Assembly (NCBI GenBank): GCA_049720225.1
Contig: JBNASD010000001.1
Span: 396,815 to 460,814 of the forward strand
Direction of reading: 5' to 3'
Length of the DNA stretch: 64,000 nt
Origin: Microgenomates group bacterium
Lineage (GTDB): Bacteria; Patescibacteriota; Microgenomatia; PFEM01; JBNASD01
Shown here: piece after piece, positions 50,591 to 61,486 of the stretch
How positions within the stretch are numbered: the stretch's first letter is position 1
How the letters are laid out: each line of letters starts with the position of its first letter
Notes under the pieces: generated by a model
Database searches by the model: none
What the model saw: the letters and a program-made list of their open reading frames with translations, nothing else
What the model was told of the DNA's origin: nothing
Made by a program: the position numbers and the translations under genes

Positions 50591-52337
50591 AATTTAATAC
50601 TGCATAAATTCGCCGTTTACCAGCACCGGCTGATTCTTCTTTAACTATTTTAACACCCCCAATTTCTCCAGTAGAATTCACATGAGGTCCTCCACAAACT
50701 TCTTTAGAAAAATAATTACCTTCTTCACCAATAGTATAAACTTTTACTTTTTCAGAATATCTGTCGCCAAAAAAAGCCAATGCTCCTTCTTTTTTAGCTT
50801 CCGAAAGAGTAGTAATTTTCATTGTCACTGGTAAGTTTTCTTTTATTTTTTGATTAATAATTTCCTCAACTTTTTTTATTTCTTCTTTAGTTAAAGGTTG
50901 AGGATGGATAAAATCAAATCTCAATCGTTGAGGAGTAATATTGCTTCCTACCTGTCTTATATGAGTACCTAAAACTAATCTTAAAGCCGCTTGAAGAAGA
51001 TGAGTAGCCGTGTGAAGTTTAATTACCTCCGGAGAATGATCGGCTAATCCTCCTTTAAATTTTTTTACTCCTCCTTGACGAGAAATTTCTTGGTGTTTTC
51101 TAAATTCTCTTTCAAAAACTTCTTTGTCGATCACTTGTCCCCTTTCTTGGGCGATTTCTTCAGTCATTTCTAAGGGAATTCCGTAAGTTTCATATAACCA
51201 AAAAGCAATTTTTCCATCTAACGTGGAATACTTTTCTATTTGACGAAGACCCTTTTCTAAAAGACGGTAGAATTTTTCTTCTTCGGTAGTCAAAACTTGG
51301 TCAATTGATTCCTCTTTATTTTTTAATTCCGGATATTCCTCTTTCATTGTTGCAATTACTGCTTTCCCTATTTTTGAAGAAAATCCTTCTTTTAAATCTA
51401 ATTTTTTCCCAAAACGAATCGCTCTTCTTATTAACCTTCTTAAGACATAGCCTTGTTCAATATTTGCTGGCAGAACCCCATCGGCAATTAAAAACACAGC
51501 CGCCCTCAAATGATCAGCAACAATCCGAAATGACTTTTGATTTTCAAAATATCTCTTTTTACTTAACTGTTCAATTTCTTCAATTAATGGTAAAAAAACA
51601 TCAATTTGAAATACATCTTCTTTATCTTGCAAAACTACACCTGTTCGTTCTACTCCCATTCCTGTATCAACGTTTTTTTGCTTTAATTTTTCATAAGTAC
51701 CATCTGGTTTTCGGTTATATTCCATAAAAACGTTATTCCAAACTTCAAAAAATCGGCCACAACCATCACCCGGCCGACAGTAAATACCACAAGGCGATTT
51801 ACCGGTATCATAAAAAATTTCACTGTCAGGTCCCCCAGGACCAGTTTCACCTGCCTCCCACCAATTATCCTCCTTTCCTAAAGGAAAAATTCGTGAAGAA
51901 GGAATTCCCAACTTTTGCCAAATTTTTTCTGCCTCTTCATCTTTAGGAGCATTTTCATCACCAGCAAAGATAGTAACATAAAGACGTTTTGGATCTAAAT
52001 TTAAAACTTTAGTTAAAAATTCATAACTCCAACTTAAAGCTTCCTCTTTCCAATAATCTCCTAACGACCAATTTCCTAACATTTCAAAAAAAGTAAGATG
52101 AGAAGTATCGCCAATTTTTTCAATGTCATTAGTTCGCAAACAACGTTGTAAACTACAAAGTCTTTTTCCTAGAGGATGAGGTTCTCCCAATAAATAGGGA
52201 ACTAATGGCTGCATTCCCGCAGAAATGAATAAAGTCGTGGGGTCATTTTCGGGAACTAACGGCAAGTTAGGTAAAACTTTATGTCCCTTTTTAATAAAAA
52301 AATCTAAAAATTTTTTTCTTAACCACGAGGAATTCAT
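50577..52337 (-). CDS. alaS: Alanine--tRNA ligase (short form without C-Ala)
   Basis: LFISAGMQP, FFEMLGNWS, VDTGMG.ER, ADHLR, editing HTATHLL..CGGPHV. Confidence 0.97.
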   Translation of the reverse strand: MNSSWLRKKFLDFFIKKGHKVLPNLPLVPENDPTTLFISAGMQPLVPYLLGEPHPLGKRLCSLQRCLRTNDIEKIGDTSHLTFFEMLGNWSLGDYWKEEALSWSYEFLTKVLNLDPKRLYVTIFAGDENAPKDEEAEKIWQKLGIPSSRIFPLGKEDNWWEAGETGPGGPDSEIFYDTGKSPCGIYCRPGDGCGRFFEVWNNVFMEYNRKPDGTYEKLKQKNVDTGMGVERTGVVLQDKEDVFQIDVFLPLIEEIEQLSKKRYFENQKSFRIVADHLRAAVFLIADGVLPANIEQGYVLRRLIRRAIRFGKKLDLKEGFSSKIGKAVIATMKEEYPELKNKEESIDQVLTTEEEKFYRLLEKGLRQIEKYSTLDGKIAFWLYETYGIPLEMTEEIAQERGQVIDKEVFEREFRKHQEISRQGGVKKFKGGLADHSPEVIKLHTATHLLQAALRLVLGTHIRQVGSNITPQRLRFDFIHPQPLTKEEIKKVEEIINQKIKENLPVTMKITTLSEAKKEGALAFFGDRYSEKVKVYTIGEEGNYFSKEVCGGPHVNSTGEIGGVKIVKEESAGAGKRRIYAVLNYGNQ

Positions 52338-52345
52338 TTTCTTAA

Positions 52346-52374
52346 ATGATAGCTAATTTTAATTCTGAAGGCAA
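52346..52374 (-). promoter_or_regulatory. alaS promoter (leaderless geometry)
   Basis: TTGCCT-17-TATCAT, 8 nt before the ATG. Confidence 0.6.
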
Positions 52375-52381
52375 ATTTAAT

Positions 52382-52735
52382 TTAAACTAGAGGCCTGCCG
52401 TTCCGTTTAAAAAAACGACTAAATTTTCTTTTTTCTTTGACAATTTTATCTATTAAATTATCTTTTCTTTCCTCTAATGATTCTATTTTTTTAACAATTT
52501 GCTCTTGAGTTTCTTTTGCTTTTCTTTCTAATTCTCCTTTATTTTCCTCTATTTCTTCCACTAAATCACCTAATTCTTCCAGAGCTTCTTTTCCTTTTTT
52601 AATTAATTTCTTTTTTACTTTTTTTCCCTCATTGGTGGCTGTTAAAAAATAAAGAACTCCTCCTCCAACAATTATCCCCAAAAGCAATCCGGTTAAAAAA
52701 CTTTCACAATGACATTCATTATTATTCTTCTCCAT
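52382..52735 (-). CDS. YtxH-domain protein
   Basis: FLTGLLLGIIVGGGVLYFL..EGKKVKKKL followed by a coiled coil. Confidence 0.75.
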   Translation of the reverse strand: MEKNNNECHCESFLTGLLLGIIVGGGVLYFLTATNEGKKVKKKLIKKGKEALEELGDLVEEIEENKGELERKAKETQEQIVKKIESLEERKDNLIDKIVKEKRKFSRFFKRNGRPLV

Positions 52736-53003
52736 CTTCCTCTTCCTTTCTTTCTTTAACTTTTTTAAGAAAAAGAGTTAAAAATCCAAGAAGGCCAGAA
52801 AGACTACCTAAAGAGTTCGATAAAGAAGCTATTGGTTTAGAAAAAGATTCAGAGATTATTCCCGCATCATCTAAAATTTTATTTACTTTTTTTACTGATT
52901 GTTGAACTTCTTTAAGAATGAAGAAGACTTGGATTCCTACTAATAAAAGAAGAAAAGTTAAAACACAAACAACAATAATTAAAAGAGTTTGGGCAGGTTC
53001 CAT
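52722..53003 (-). CDS. Small membrane protein (DUF948/YtxG-like)
   Basis: N-terminal TM plus amphipathic helix; overlaps the YtxH-like gene. Confidence 0.65.
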   Translation of the reverse strand: MEPAQTLLIIVVCVLTFLLLLVGIQVFFILKEVQQSVKKVNKILDDAGIISESFSKPIASLSNSLGSLSGLLGFLTLFLKKVKERKEEEDGEE

Positions 53004-53020
53004 ATTATTTTAAGTTTAAC

Positions 53021-53665
53021 TTATTTATTTTCTTTGTCAAGACGAAGAATAGTTAAAATTTTCTCGGTTTTTTTTCCTTCTTTATCAACTGCTTCAATTA
53101 TAAACTTATTTTCTCCCAAAAAAAGTTCGGTTTTAAAAGTAAATTCTCCATTTAAAGAAACTAATACTGGTAAATCATTTATTTTTATTACCGCATCCGG
53201 ACGAGTTCTTCCTTTAATTTCTATTTCTTTCTTATCAGTCTCAAAAGAAAGGGAAGAAGGATAAAGAAGTTTTATTGGCGGTGGTTTTTTAAAAACAAAA
53301 TATTGATAACTTAAATAAAAACCAACGCTGAAAATAATAATTAAAATTGCTAAAACAAAAGAAAGATTAAATTTTATTTTTTTCTCTTTTTTGAAAGTAG
53401 TTTTTTCTTTTGTTAAAAAGTTTTTTTGAGAAACAGCAAAATCACGACGAAAAAAAGCTAACGCTTTTTCTGGAGAAACACCTAAATATTGAGCATAATT
53501 TTTAATAAAACCACTGGCAATTACAACCGAAGGAAATAAAGAAAAATCGTTTTTTTCAATTGCCAACAAAAATTTTTTTCTAATTTTAGTTTCTTTTTCT
53601 GCTTCTTCGAGAGTAATTTTTTTCTTTAAACGAGCTTCTTTAATAATTTCACCAACAGTTTTCAT
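53021..53665 (-). CDS. RodZ-like HTH membrane protein with C-terminal Ig-like domain
   Basis: GEIIKEAR..TKIR..LLAIE..GFIKNYAQYLG, TM, beta-rich tail; follows ftsK. Confidence 0.85.
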   Translation of the reverse strand: MKTVGEIIKEARLKKKITLEEAEKETKIRKKFLLAIEKNDFSLFPSVVIASGFIKNYAQYLGVSPEKALAFFRRDFAVSQKNFLTKEKTTFKKEKKIKFNLSFVLAILIIIFSVGFYLSYQYFVFKKPPPIKLLYPSSLSFETDKKEIEIKGRTRPDAVIKINDLPVLVSLNGEFTFKTELFLGENKFIIEAVDKEGKKTEKILTILRLDKENK

Positions 53666-55800
53666 TATTTTTCTTCAGAAGAAGATAAATATTTTTCAAC
53701 ATTTTCTAAATAAACTTCCCGAGGTTTTGCCCCTTCTCCTGGCCCAACTAAGCCGGCTGCTTCTAATTGATCGATAATTCTTGCGGCGCGAGCATAACCT
53801 ACTTTTAGTCTTCTCTGAAGCAAAGAGGCAGAAGCGCGATCATATTGACGAATAATCCTAATTGCTTCTTCAAAAAGGGGATCTTTTTCTTCACCAAAAT
53901 CTTGTTTGGAAGCTAATTCAATTTTTTGATGAACTACTTCTTCTGAATATTCCGGGGAGATACCCTTTCTTTTTAAAAACTCAATCACTCTTTTAATTTC
54001 TTCATCGGAAATAAATGCCCCCTGAATTCTGGTTGGTTTTGCTTGATCAGGAGGAATAAAAAGCATATCTCCTCGTCCCAAAAGTTTCTCTGCTCCTGGC
54101 ATATCAATAATTACCCGCGAATCTACCTGAGAAGAAACATTAAAAGCAATTCGACAAGGAATATTGGCTTTAATTAACCCAGTTAAAACATCTACTGATG
54201 GCCTTTGAGTTGATAAAATTAAATGAATTCCGGTGGCTCTCGCCATTTGAGCGATTCGACAAATAGTATCTTCCACTTCTGCCGGCGCAAAAAGCATAAT
54301 ATCTGCCAATTCGTCAATAATAATTAAAATATAAGGCAAAGCAGAAAAACCTGATAGTTCATTATAAGCATCTAAGTTTCTCACTCCTACCTCAGTAAAT
54401 AACTTATATCTTCTTTCCATCTCTGAAACTGCCCACTTTAAAGCAGACAAAACTTTATCGGGTTCATAAATTACCGGTGTTAAAAGATGAGGAATACCAT
54501 TATATTGAGTAAGTTCCACCCTTTTTGGATCAATTAAAATAAATTTTACCTCCCAAGGAGAAGCACGAAATAAAATGGTATTAATAAAAGAATGAATACA
54601 AACACTTTTTCCCGAACCAGTGGCACCGGCGATTAAGATATGAGGCATTTTTCCAATATCAACCACTACCGGCTCTCCAGAAACATTTAAACCTAAACCT
54701 ACCGCTAATTTTGATTTATTCTTTTTTAATTTTTCTGAAGTAAGCATTTGTCTTAAAGTAACAAATTCAGGAGAATAATTGGGAACCTCTACTCCCACTA
54801 AAGATCGACCAGGAATAGGTGCTTCAATTCTAATTTGGCCAGTAGGAGCGGCAAGAGTCATCGCTAAATCATTTGAAAGGGCAGTAATTTTAGAAAGTTT
54901 AGTTCCTAAAGGAATTTTTAATGCATACTGAGTAACTGTTGGTCCAGGATTAACTTCCACCACCCGCGCAGAAATTCCAAACGATTCTAGTGTTTCTTCT
55001 ATTCTTTCGGCGTTCTTTTTAATATCTCCTCTTTCCGCCTTTCCTAAAGGAACTTCTGAAAGTAAATCTAAAGGCGGATATTCCCAAACTTGATTAATAG
55101 GGGAAAAAGAGGAAATAGGTTTTTCGATTTCTCCCTCTTCTGATATCTTTTCTTTTTCTTCTAATTTCTTTTCTGAAGAAATCATAATTTCCTTTTTTAA
55201 AGGAATAGTGGGTTTAGATAAAGAAGGAGTATTTAAAACAAAACTTCTTTTTTTGAATTTCCCAAAAGTGCGAAAAATTTTTTTAAACTTTTCAATATTT
55301 TTAGATAAAAAAGAAAGAATTTCTTCTAAAGAAATCTCAAAGGTGATAACCATTCCAATTAAAAGGAAGCCAAAAAGAATCAAAAAAGCTCCAGAAGAAC
55401 TAAGAAGAACCATTAAATTTTGCCAGAGAGTTAATCCTACCAAACCTGCTTTTGTTAAACCAATTGAAGCAATAAAAGTTATCCCTCCGCCAATTACTAC
55501 ATTAGGTTGAGTAATTCTCCATTTCAAACGCGTCATCATCAAACCGGAAAAAATTAACAAAAATGGCAAAAAAACAATTCCCCAACCAAAAAGATAATTC
55601 AAAATCGTCCAAAGTTTTAAAAGAAATTTTCCTTGCCGAGAGAAAGAAAGAATAATTAACCCTGCTAAGGAAAAAAGAAGAATTGAAGATAAAGTATATA
55701 AAGTTTCTGGCTTTAATTTTAATTTAAAGGCTTTTCGACGCCTAAAAGATCGTCTCTTTTTAGAAATTTTCCCTGGTTTTTCTTCCAAATTTTTGGTCAT
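53665..55800 (-). CDS. ftsK: DNA translocase FtsK/SpoIIIE
   Basis: 4 TM; PHILIAGATGSGKS, IDPKRVEL, IDELAD, gamma domain SLLQRRLKVGYARAAR. Confidence 0.97.
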   Translation of the reverse strand: MTKNLEEKPGKISKKRRSFRRRKAFKLKLKPETLYTLSSILLFSLAGLIILSFSRQGKFLLKLWTILNYLFGWGIVFLPFLLIFSGLMMTRLKWRITQPNVVIGGGITFIASIGLTKAGLVGLTLWQNLMVLLSSSGAFLILFGFLLIGMVITFEISLEEILSFLSKNIEKFKKIFRTFGKFKKRSFVLNTPSLSKPTIPLKKEIMISSEKKLEEKEKISEEGEIEKPISSFSPINQVWEYPPLDLLSEVPLGKAERGDIKKNAERIEETLESFGISARVVEVNPGPTVTQYALKIPLGTKLSKITALSNDLAMTLAAPTGQIRIEAPIPGRSLVGVEVPNYSPEFVTLRQMLTSEKLKKNKSKLAVGLGLNVSGEPVVVDIGKMPHILIAGATGSGKSVCIHSFINTILFRASPWEVKFILIDPKRVELTQYNGIPHLLTPVIYEPDKVLSALKWAVSEMERRYKLFTEVGVRNLDAYNELSGFSALPYILIIIDELADIMLFAPAEVEDTICRIAQMARATGIHLILSTQRPSVDVLTGLIKANIPCRIAFNVSSQVDSRVIIDMPGAEKLLGRGDMLFIPPDQAKPTRIQGAFISDEEIKRVIEFLKRKGISPEYSEEVVHQKIELASKQDFGEEKDPLFEEAIRIIRQYDRASASLLQRRLKVGYARAARIIDQLEAAGLVGPGEGAKPREVYLENVEKYLSSSEEK

Positions 55801-55818
55801 ATCTTAATTTTATAATAT

Positions 55819-57477
55819 TTAAACCTCCATTATCAAAACGACAATCATCGGTTTTCTTCCTGTTTTTTCAAAGAAAAATCTTTCAATCTCCTCTTCAATT
55901 TTTTGACGAAGGAAATAAACATCCTTTCCTTGATTCTTTTTAATTAAACTAATAATTTTTTGTTTTCCTTGATTAATTAGAGGAAGATTTTTCTTTATAT
56001 AAACAAAACCCCGACTAATAATTTCCGGTTCTCCAATCAACCGTTTAGTCTCTTGATTTAAAAGAACAAAAATCACCGCAATTCCCTCAGTGGCTAAAAT
56101 TTTTCTGTCTCTTAAAACTATCTCTCCTACATCACCAACACCATAAGCATCAACAAATACCTTTTTAGGGGTAAATTTTTGGGAAATTTTTACTTGATTA
56201 TTTGGAAAAAATTCAACAAATTCTTCTTTATCAGGTAAAAGAATTTGTTTTTCTCTAAATCCCTCCTTCAAAGCTAATCTTTTATAAGCAACCATATGGC
56301 GAAAATTCCCTCCAATAGGAATAACATATTGAGGGTTAACCATTTTTAACAACTTTGCTAAATCCTGCTGAAAACCATGACCGGAAACATGAACGCCACT
56401 ATGAATATCCTGATAAACAACCTCTCCTCCCAAACGATAAATATTGTCAATTAATCGATAAATTGCTGCTTCATTTCCAGGAATATAATCGGTAGAAAAA
56501 ATTACTTTATCTCCAGGTTCGATTTTTACTTCCTCTTCCTCTCCGGAAACAATTTTATCCAAAGCAGAACCTAATTGACCTTGACTGCCCGCTACCAATA
56601 AAGTCAATTTTTCAGGCGGATATTTCTTAATTTCTTTTTTAGAAAGAAAAATACTTTCTTTAAAATTAAGATATTTAAGTTGCCGGGCTAGCTTTACATT
56701 TTCTTTTACCGAACGACCCAATAAAACTATTTTTCTCCCATAATCTAAGGAAGCCTCAATTGCTTGTTTAAGACGAGAAATATTGGAAGAAAAAGTAGTT
56801 ACTAAAAACTTTCCTTGGCAATTTTCCATTTCTTCCAAAAACATTTTTTTGAGTTTGTTTTCGGGAGGAGTAAAACCTGCTACCTCTGCTCTTAAACAAT
56901 CGGAAAGAAGACAAAGGACTCCTTTTTGACCCACTTTTTTAATTTTATCTTGAGACGTAGCTTGACCAATAACAGGAGTTAAATCAAGTTTAAAATCAGC
57001 CGCATGATAAACTATTCCCAGTGGTGTATTAATTACTAAATGATAAGTATCAGGAATTGAATGAGTAACGCTTATAAATTCTAAAAAAAATTCTCCTAAA
57101 CTAATTTTTGTTTTTTCATCAAACTCTCGAAAATCTGCCAACACTCCAAATTCTTTACATTTTAATTTACTTAATGCAATTGCCCATTTAGGTCCATAAA
57201 CAGGAATTCTTTTAGAAAACTGAGGTAAAATATAAGGAAGAGCCCCAATGTGATCTTCATGTCCATGAGAAAGAATTATTCCCCGAATTTTTTCTTCTTT
57301 ATTTTTCAAATAACTAATATCAGGAATAATTAAATCAACGCCCGTAATATCTTCTTCCGGAAAACCAACCCCACAATCAACCACTAAAATATCTTTTGGG
57401 GTTTCGTAAACAAACATATTTTGGGTTACTTCCCCAAATCCACCTAAAGAAATTATTTTTAATGATTTTTCTTCCAC
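55819..57477 (-). CDS. rnj: Ribonuclease J
   Basis: LGGFGEV..NM, SHGHEDHIG, THSIPD, GSQG, HVSGH. Confidence 0.95.
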   Translation of the reverse strand: MEEKSLKIISLGGFGEVTQNMFVYETPKDILVVDCGVGFPEEDITGVDLIIPDISYLKNKEEKIRGIILSHGHEDHIGALPYILPQFSKRIPVYGPKWAIALSKLKCKEFGVLADFREFDEKTKISLGEFFLEFISVTHSIPDTYHLVINTPLGIVYHAADFKLDLTPVIGQATSQDKIKKVGQKGVLCLLSDCLRAEVAGFTPPENKLKKMFLEEMENCQGKFLVTTFSSNISRLKQAIEASLDYGRKIVLLGRSVKENVKLARQLKYLNFKESIFLSKKEIKKYPPEKLTLLVAGSQGQLGSALDKIVSGEEEEVKIEPGDKVIFSTDYIPGNEAAIYRLIDNIYRLGGEVVYQDIHSGVHVSGHGFQQDLAKLLKMVNPQYVIPIGGNFRHMVAYKRLALKEGFREKQILLPDKEEFVEFFPNNQVKISQKFTPKKVFVDAYGVGDVGEIVLRDRKILATEGIAVIFVLLNQETKRLIGEPEIISRGFVYIKKNLPLINQGKQKIISLIKKNQGKDVYFLRQKIEEEIERFFFEKTGRKPMIVVLIMEV

Positions 57478-57478
57478 T

Positions 57479-58063
57479 TTAATTAATTAAACTAAATTGT
57501 TTATTTAAAAAAACACCCAATTTTAAGAAATCTTTTTTTAAATCTTCCTTTATTTTACCATTTCTTAATCCAGCGGCTGGATGATAAAAAGGAACAAGAA
57601 TCCTTTTTTTATTTTCCCAAAAAATAACTTTAAATTGGCCATGAATCTGAGAAATTAATCTGCCTGGTAAAAATTTATTTAAAGAAAATCGACCAAGAGT
57701 AATAATAATTTTTGGATCAATTATCTTAAGTTGTTCATCTAAAAAAAGTTCGCAGGCTTTAATTTCTTCTGGTAATGGATCTCGATTAGCTGGCGGTCGG
57801 TGTTTAATAATATTAGTAATAAAAACATCTTCTCTTTTAACTTTAATAGAAGATAACAATTCATCTAAAAACTTTCCCGCTTTTCCCACAAAAGGTTCTC
57901 CTTTTTGATCTTCCCAATAACCTGGGGCTTCACCAATTAAAACGATTTTACTTAAAGAGTTTCCTTTTCCTGGAACCGCTTTTTTGGCGGTTTTATACAA
58001 CAAACATCTCCGACAAGAATTGATTTTTTGGGCAATTATTTTAAGTTTTTCTTCTTTAGTCAC
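57479..58063 (-). CDS. Uracil-DNA glycosylase family 4
   Basis: CRRC, IGEAPG..ED..G.PFVG, RPP.NRDP, YHPAA. Confidence 0.93.
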   Translation of the reverse strand: MTKEEKLKIIAQKINSCRRCLLYKTAKKAVPGKGNSLSKIVLIGEAPGYWEDQKGEPFVGKAGKFLDELLSSIKVKREDVFITNIIKHRPPANRDPLPEEIKACELFLDEQLKIIDPKIIITLGRFSLNKFLPGRLISQIHGQFKVIFWENKKRILVPFYHPAAGLRNGKIKEDLKKDFLKLGVFLNKQFSLIN

Positions 58064-58073
58064 TTTTAAAAAT

Positions 58074-59132
58074 TTACCAGCTAGGAAGGAATTCTTTTAT
58101 ATTTTCCGCTGTAAGATGAAATTTTTCCCCTTTTTTTTCAACAATCATTTTAGCAATTTTTCGACAAATTCCATTAATTGTTCTTTCTAAAGTCCGTATT
58201 CCCGCATCATAACCTAAAGGACGAACTATTTTAGGCCAAACCCCATCATCGATTATTAACCAATCTTTTTCTAAACCCATTTCTTCCATCGTTTTAGGCA
58301 AAATATAATTTTTACCAATAACAATTTTTTCCTCATCACTATAAGAAGGCATTTGGATTATTTCTAATCTATCTAAAACGGCAATTGAAATATTAGTGGT
58401 GTTATTACAAGTAGCAATAAACATCACCTCGGAAAGATCAAAAGGATAATCAATAAAATGATCCCGAAAGGCAAAGTTTTGTTCTGGATCCAAAAGCTCT
58501 ACTAAAACTCCCATAATACTTGCTCTTCCTTCTTCGGTAACTCGATCAATTTCGTCTAACAAAATTACCGGATTTTTGGTTCCTGCTCTTCTTAAAGCTT
58601 TTATTACTAATCCTGGCTCGGCATCCGGCCTTAACCGTGATTGACCTCTTAAATCAAGTGGATCTCCCATTCCTCCAAAGGGAATTCGGGCAAATTTTCT
58701 TCCCAATGCCTCAGCAATTGAATAGGCTAATGTTGTTTTTCCGGTTCCTACTAAACCAACAAAACACAAAATTGGTGCTTTATATTTTTCCTCTTGTTTT
58801 CTTTTTCTTTTAAGAATTAATACTGCTAAATATTCCAAAATTCTTTCTTTTACTTCTTTTAAACCATAATGGTTTTTTTCTAAAACTTTTTGGGCAAAAT
58901 CTAAATCTAAAATATCTTCACTTTTCTTTTCCCAAGGTAAAGAAGTAATCCAATCAAGATAATAAGAAGTTCTTTCGTATTCGGTTGAATATTCACCAAA
59001 ACGAGCCATTCTTGATAACCGAGAAATCATTCCTTCCGCTTCTTCTTTTAAATCAAGAGGTAAAACGCTTTTTTCTAATTTTTGTTTTAATTTCTCAATT
59101 TCTTCGAGAAGTTGGGCAGAATTATTAGTCAT
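58074..59132 (-). CDS. Stand-alone Lon-type AAA+ ATPase (no N-domain, no protease domain)
   Basis: YLDWITSLPW, HYGLKEVKERILEYLAV, GLVGTGKT, NPVILLDEID, LLDPEQN, DLSEV; ends at 352 aa without the Ser-Lys protease domain. Confidence 0.9.
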   Translation of the reverse strand: MTNNSAQLLEEIEKLKQKLEKSVLPLDLKEEAEGMISRLSRMARFGEYSTEYERTSYYLDWITSLPWEKKSEDILDLDFAQKVLEKNHYGLKEVKERILEYLAVLILKRKRKQEEKYKAPILCFVGLVGTGKTTLAYSIAEALGRKFARIPFGGMGDPLDLRGQSRLRPDAEPGLVIKALRRAGTKNPVILLDEIDRVTEEGRASIMGVLVELLDPEQNFAFRDHFIDYPFDLSEVMFIATCNNTTNISIAVLDRLEIIQMPSYSDEEKIVIGKNYILPKTMEEMGLEKDWLIIDDGVWPKIVRPLGYDAGIRTLERTINGICRKIAKMIVEKKGEKFHLTAENIKEFLPSW

Positions 59133-59134
59133 TT

Positions 59135-61213
59135 TTATCTCCTTTTTGGAGGAAATTTCATTGAAAGATTAATCCTTCCTAATTCGTCTATTTCTATTAC
59201 TCTTACCTTTACTTTTTGTCCTACCTTTACTAACTTTGCCGGATTAGAAACAAAACCGGCTGCCATCTGAGAAACATGAACTAATCCTTCCTTTCCCGGT
59301 AAAATTTCTACAAAAACACCAAACGGTTGAATTCTTTTAACGGTTCCAATAAAGACATCACCCACTTTTGCCTCCCGAATTAATCCTTTTATCCAAGCAA
59401 CCGCTTTGTCAACTGCCTGTTGATCTAAAGCAGAAATATTTACTTTCCCTTCATCATCAATTTCCACATTTGCCCCGGTTTCACTGATAATTCGGCGAAT
59501 TGTTTTTCCTCCAGGCCCAATTATCTCTCCAATTTTTTCTTCAGGAACTTTAATTACTTCTACTTTAGGAGCAAATTTGGAAATTTGAAAGCGAGGAGCA
59601 GGTAAAACTTCTTTCATTTTTTCTAAGATAAAAAGACGTCCTTCTTTTGCTTGAATTAATGCTTCTGCTAAAAGTTTTTCATCAAAATCTAAACTTTTTA
59701 CATCCAATTGAACCGCGGTAATTCCTTTTTCTGTCCCTGCAACTTTAAAATCCATATCGCCATTAAAATCCTCCAAGCCAATAATATCGGAAAGAATAAG
59801 TTTTTCAATCTTTCCTAAGGCAATTCCGGCGACAGGAGCTTTGATGGGAACCCCGGCATCCATTAAGGAAAGAGTAGAACCACAAACCGACGCCATCGAA
59901 GTAGATCCATTGGAAGACATCACCTCGGAAACAACCCGAATGGTATAAGGAAACTTTTCTTCGGAAGGAATTACCGGTTCTAACGCTTTTTCGGCTAATG
60001 CTCCGTGACCAATTTCTCGCCGGGAAGGCCAACCAATTTTCCCTGTCTCTCCCACTGAATAAGGAGGCATATAATAGTGATGAATATAGCGTTTTGTCTC
60101 TTCTCCTTCCATACTCTCAATTAACTGTTCTAACGAAGGAGAACCTAAAGTGGTTACTGTAAGAACATGGGTATTTCCCCGCCGAAAAATTGCTGATCCG
60201 TGAGTTCGCGGTAAAACTCCTACCTCAATTTCAATTGGTCTTATTTCTTTTAATCCTCTTCCGTCAATTCTCTTTTTCTCTTTTAAGACCTTTTCTCTGA
60301 TAATTTCTTTTACTACTTCATCTACCGCCAATGATAAAAAGTTTTCTTTTTCCCCAGAATATTTTTCTTCCAAAACCTTTTTAATTTCTTCTAGAAAAGC
60401 TAATGATTCTTTATCCTTTCCTGCCTGAAGAAGAATTTCTTTAATTTTCTTTCCGTAATCTTCTTTGATTTCCGCTACTAATTTTTTATCAGGAATTAAA
60501 GGAGAAAAAACTTGCTTTTTCTTTCCTAATTTTTTTCTTATTTCTTCAATAAGATGAATAATTTTTTCTCCTTCTTTTTTAGCAAAACTCACCGCCTGAA
60601 GAAAAACTTCTTCCGGAATTTCTTTTCCTCCTCCCTCTAACATTACTACCGCTTTTTTATCAAAAGCGACCACTAAATCTAATTCCGAATATTCTAAATC
60701 TTGGTAGGTAGGATTAGCGATTAAAAAACCTTTTCCGTTTTTAGGAATAAAACCAACCCGTAAAGCTCCAATTGGTCCTTCCCAAGGAATATCAGAAATC
60801 GCTAAAGCAGCGGAAGTCGCACAAATGGCCGGAATATCAGGATTATTCTCCGCATCAACTGACAAAACAGTAATCATTACTTGGACCTCATTACGATATC
60901 CTTTAGGAAAAAGAGGGCGAATTGAACGATCTACCAAACGGGCAGTTAAAACCGCCTCATCAGAAGGTCTTCCTTCTCTTTTAACCCAACGAGAACCCTT
61001 AATTTTTCCCCCGGCATATAACCTTTCAATATATTCTACCTGAAGAGGAAAATAATCAACTTCTTCATTACTACTTCCTGAAACTACCGTTGATAAAACT
61101 ACAGTGTCTCCTAAACGACCCAAAACGGAAGCATTAGCTTGCGGGGCGAGTCGACCAACCTCCAAAATTAACTGCTTACCACCGATTTCAATTGAAAAAC
61201 TTGCGGGTTTCAC
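59135..61213 (-). CDS. pnp: Polyribonucleotide nucleotidyltransferase
   Basis: [35 protein letters not shown] and S1 domains. Confidence 0.98.
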   Translation of the reverse strand: MKPASFSIEIGGKQLILEVGRLAPQANASVLGRLGDTVVLSTVVSGSSNEEVDYFPLQVEYIERLYAGGKIKGSRWVKREGRPSDEAVLTARLVDRSIRPLFPKGYRNEVQVMITVLSVDAENNPDIPAICATSAALAISDIPWEGPIGALRVGFIPKNGKGFLIANPTYQDLEYSELDLVVAFDKKAVVMLEGGGKEIPEEVFLQAVSFAKKEGEKIIHLIEEIRKKLGKKKQVFSPLIPDKKLVAEIKEDYGKKIKEILLQAGKDKESLAFLEEIKKVLEEKYSGEKENFLSLAVDEVVKEIIREKVLKEKKRIDGRGLKEIRPIEIEVGVLPRTHGSAIFRRGNTHVLTVTTLGSPSLEQLIESMEGEETKRYIHHYYMPPYSVGETGKIGWPSRREIGHGALAEKALEPVIPSEEKFPYTIRVVSEVMSSNGSTSMASVCGSTLSLMDAGVPIKAPVAGIALGKIEKLILSDIIGLEDFNGDMDFKVAGTEKGITAVQLDVKSLDFDEKLLAEALIQAKEGRLFILEKMKEVLPAPRFQISKFAPKVEVIKVPEEKIGEIIGPGGKTIRRIISETGANVEIDDEGKVNISALDQQAVDKAVAWIKGLIREAKVGDVFIGTVKRIQPFGVFVEILPGKEGLVHVSQMAAGFVSNPAKLVKVGQKVKVRVIEIDELGRINLSMKFPPKRR

Positions 61214-61479
61214 TTACTTAAATTAAGCTTATTAATAACATTTTTATATCTCTCTTCGTCTTTTTTTAGAAGATAATTTAAAAGTCTTCGGCGTTTAGCT
61301 ACCATCGATAAAAGACCACGTCGAGAATGAACATCCTTCTTGTGGGTTTCTAAATGTTTTACTAGCTTTTCAATTTGGGCAGTCAAAAGAGCAATTTGAA
61401 CCTCTGGAGATCCAGTATCCCCTTTTGCTTGAGCAAATTTAGCAATGATTTTTTTCTTTTCTTCGCTGGTTAATGCCAT
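61210..61479 (-). CDS. rpsO: 30S ribosomal protein S15
   Basis: [25 protein letters not shown]. Confidence 0.98.
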   Translation of the reverse strand: MALTSEEKKKIIAKFAQAKGDTGSPEVQIALLTAQIEKLVKHLETHKKDVHSRRGLLSMVAKRRRLLNYLLKKDEERYKNVINKLNLSK

Positions 61480-61486
61480 ATTTATT

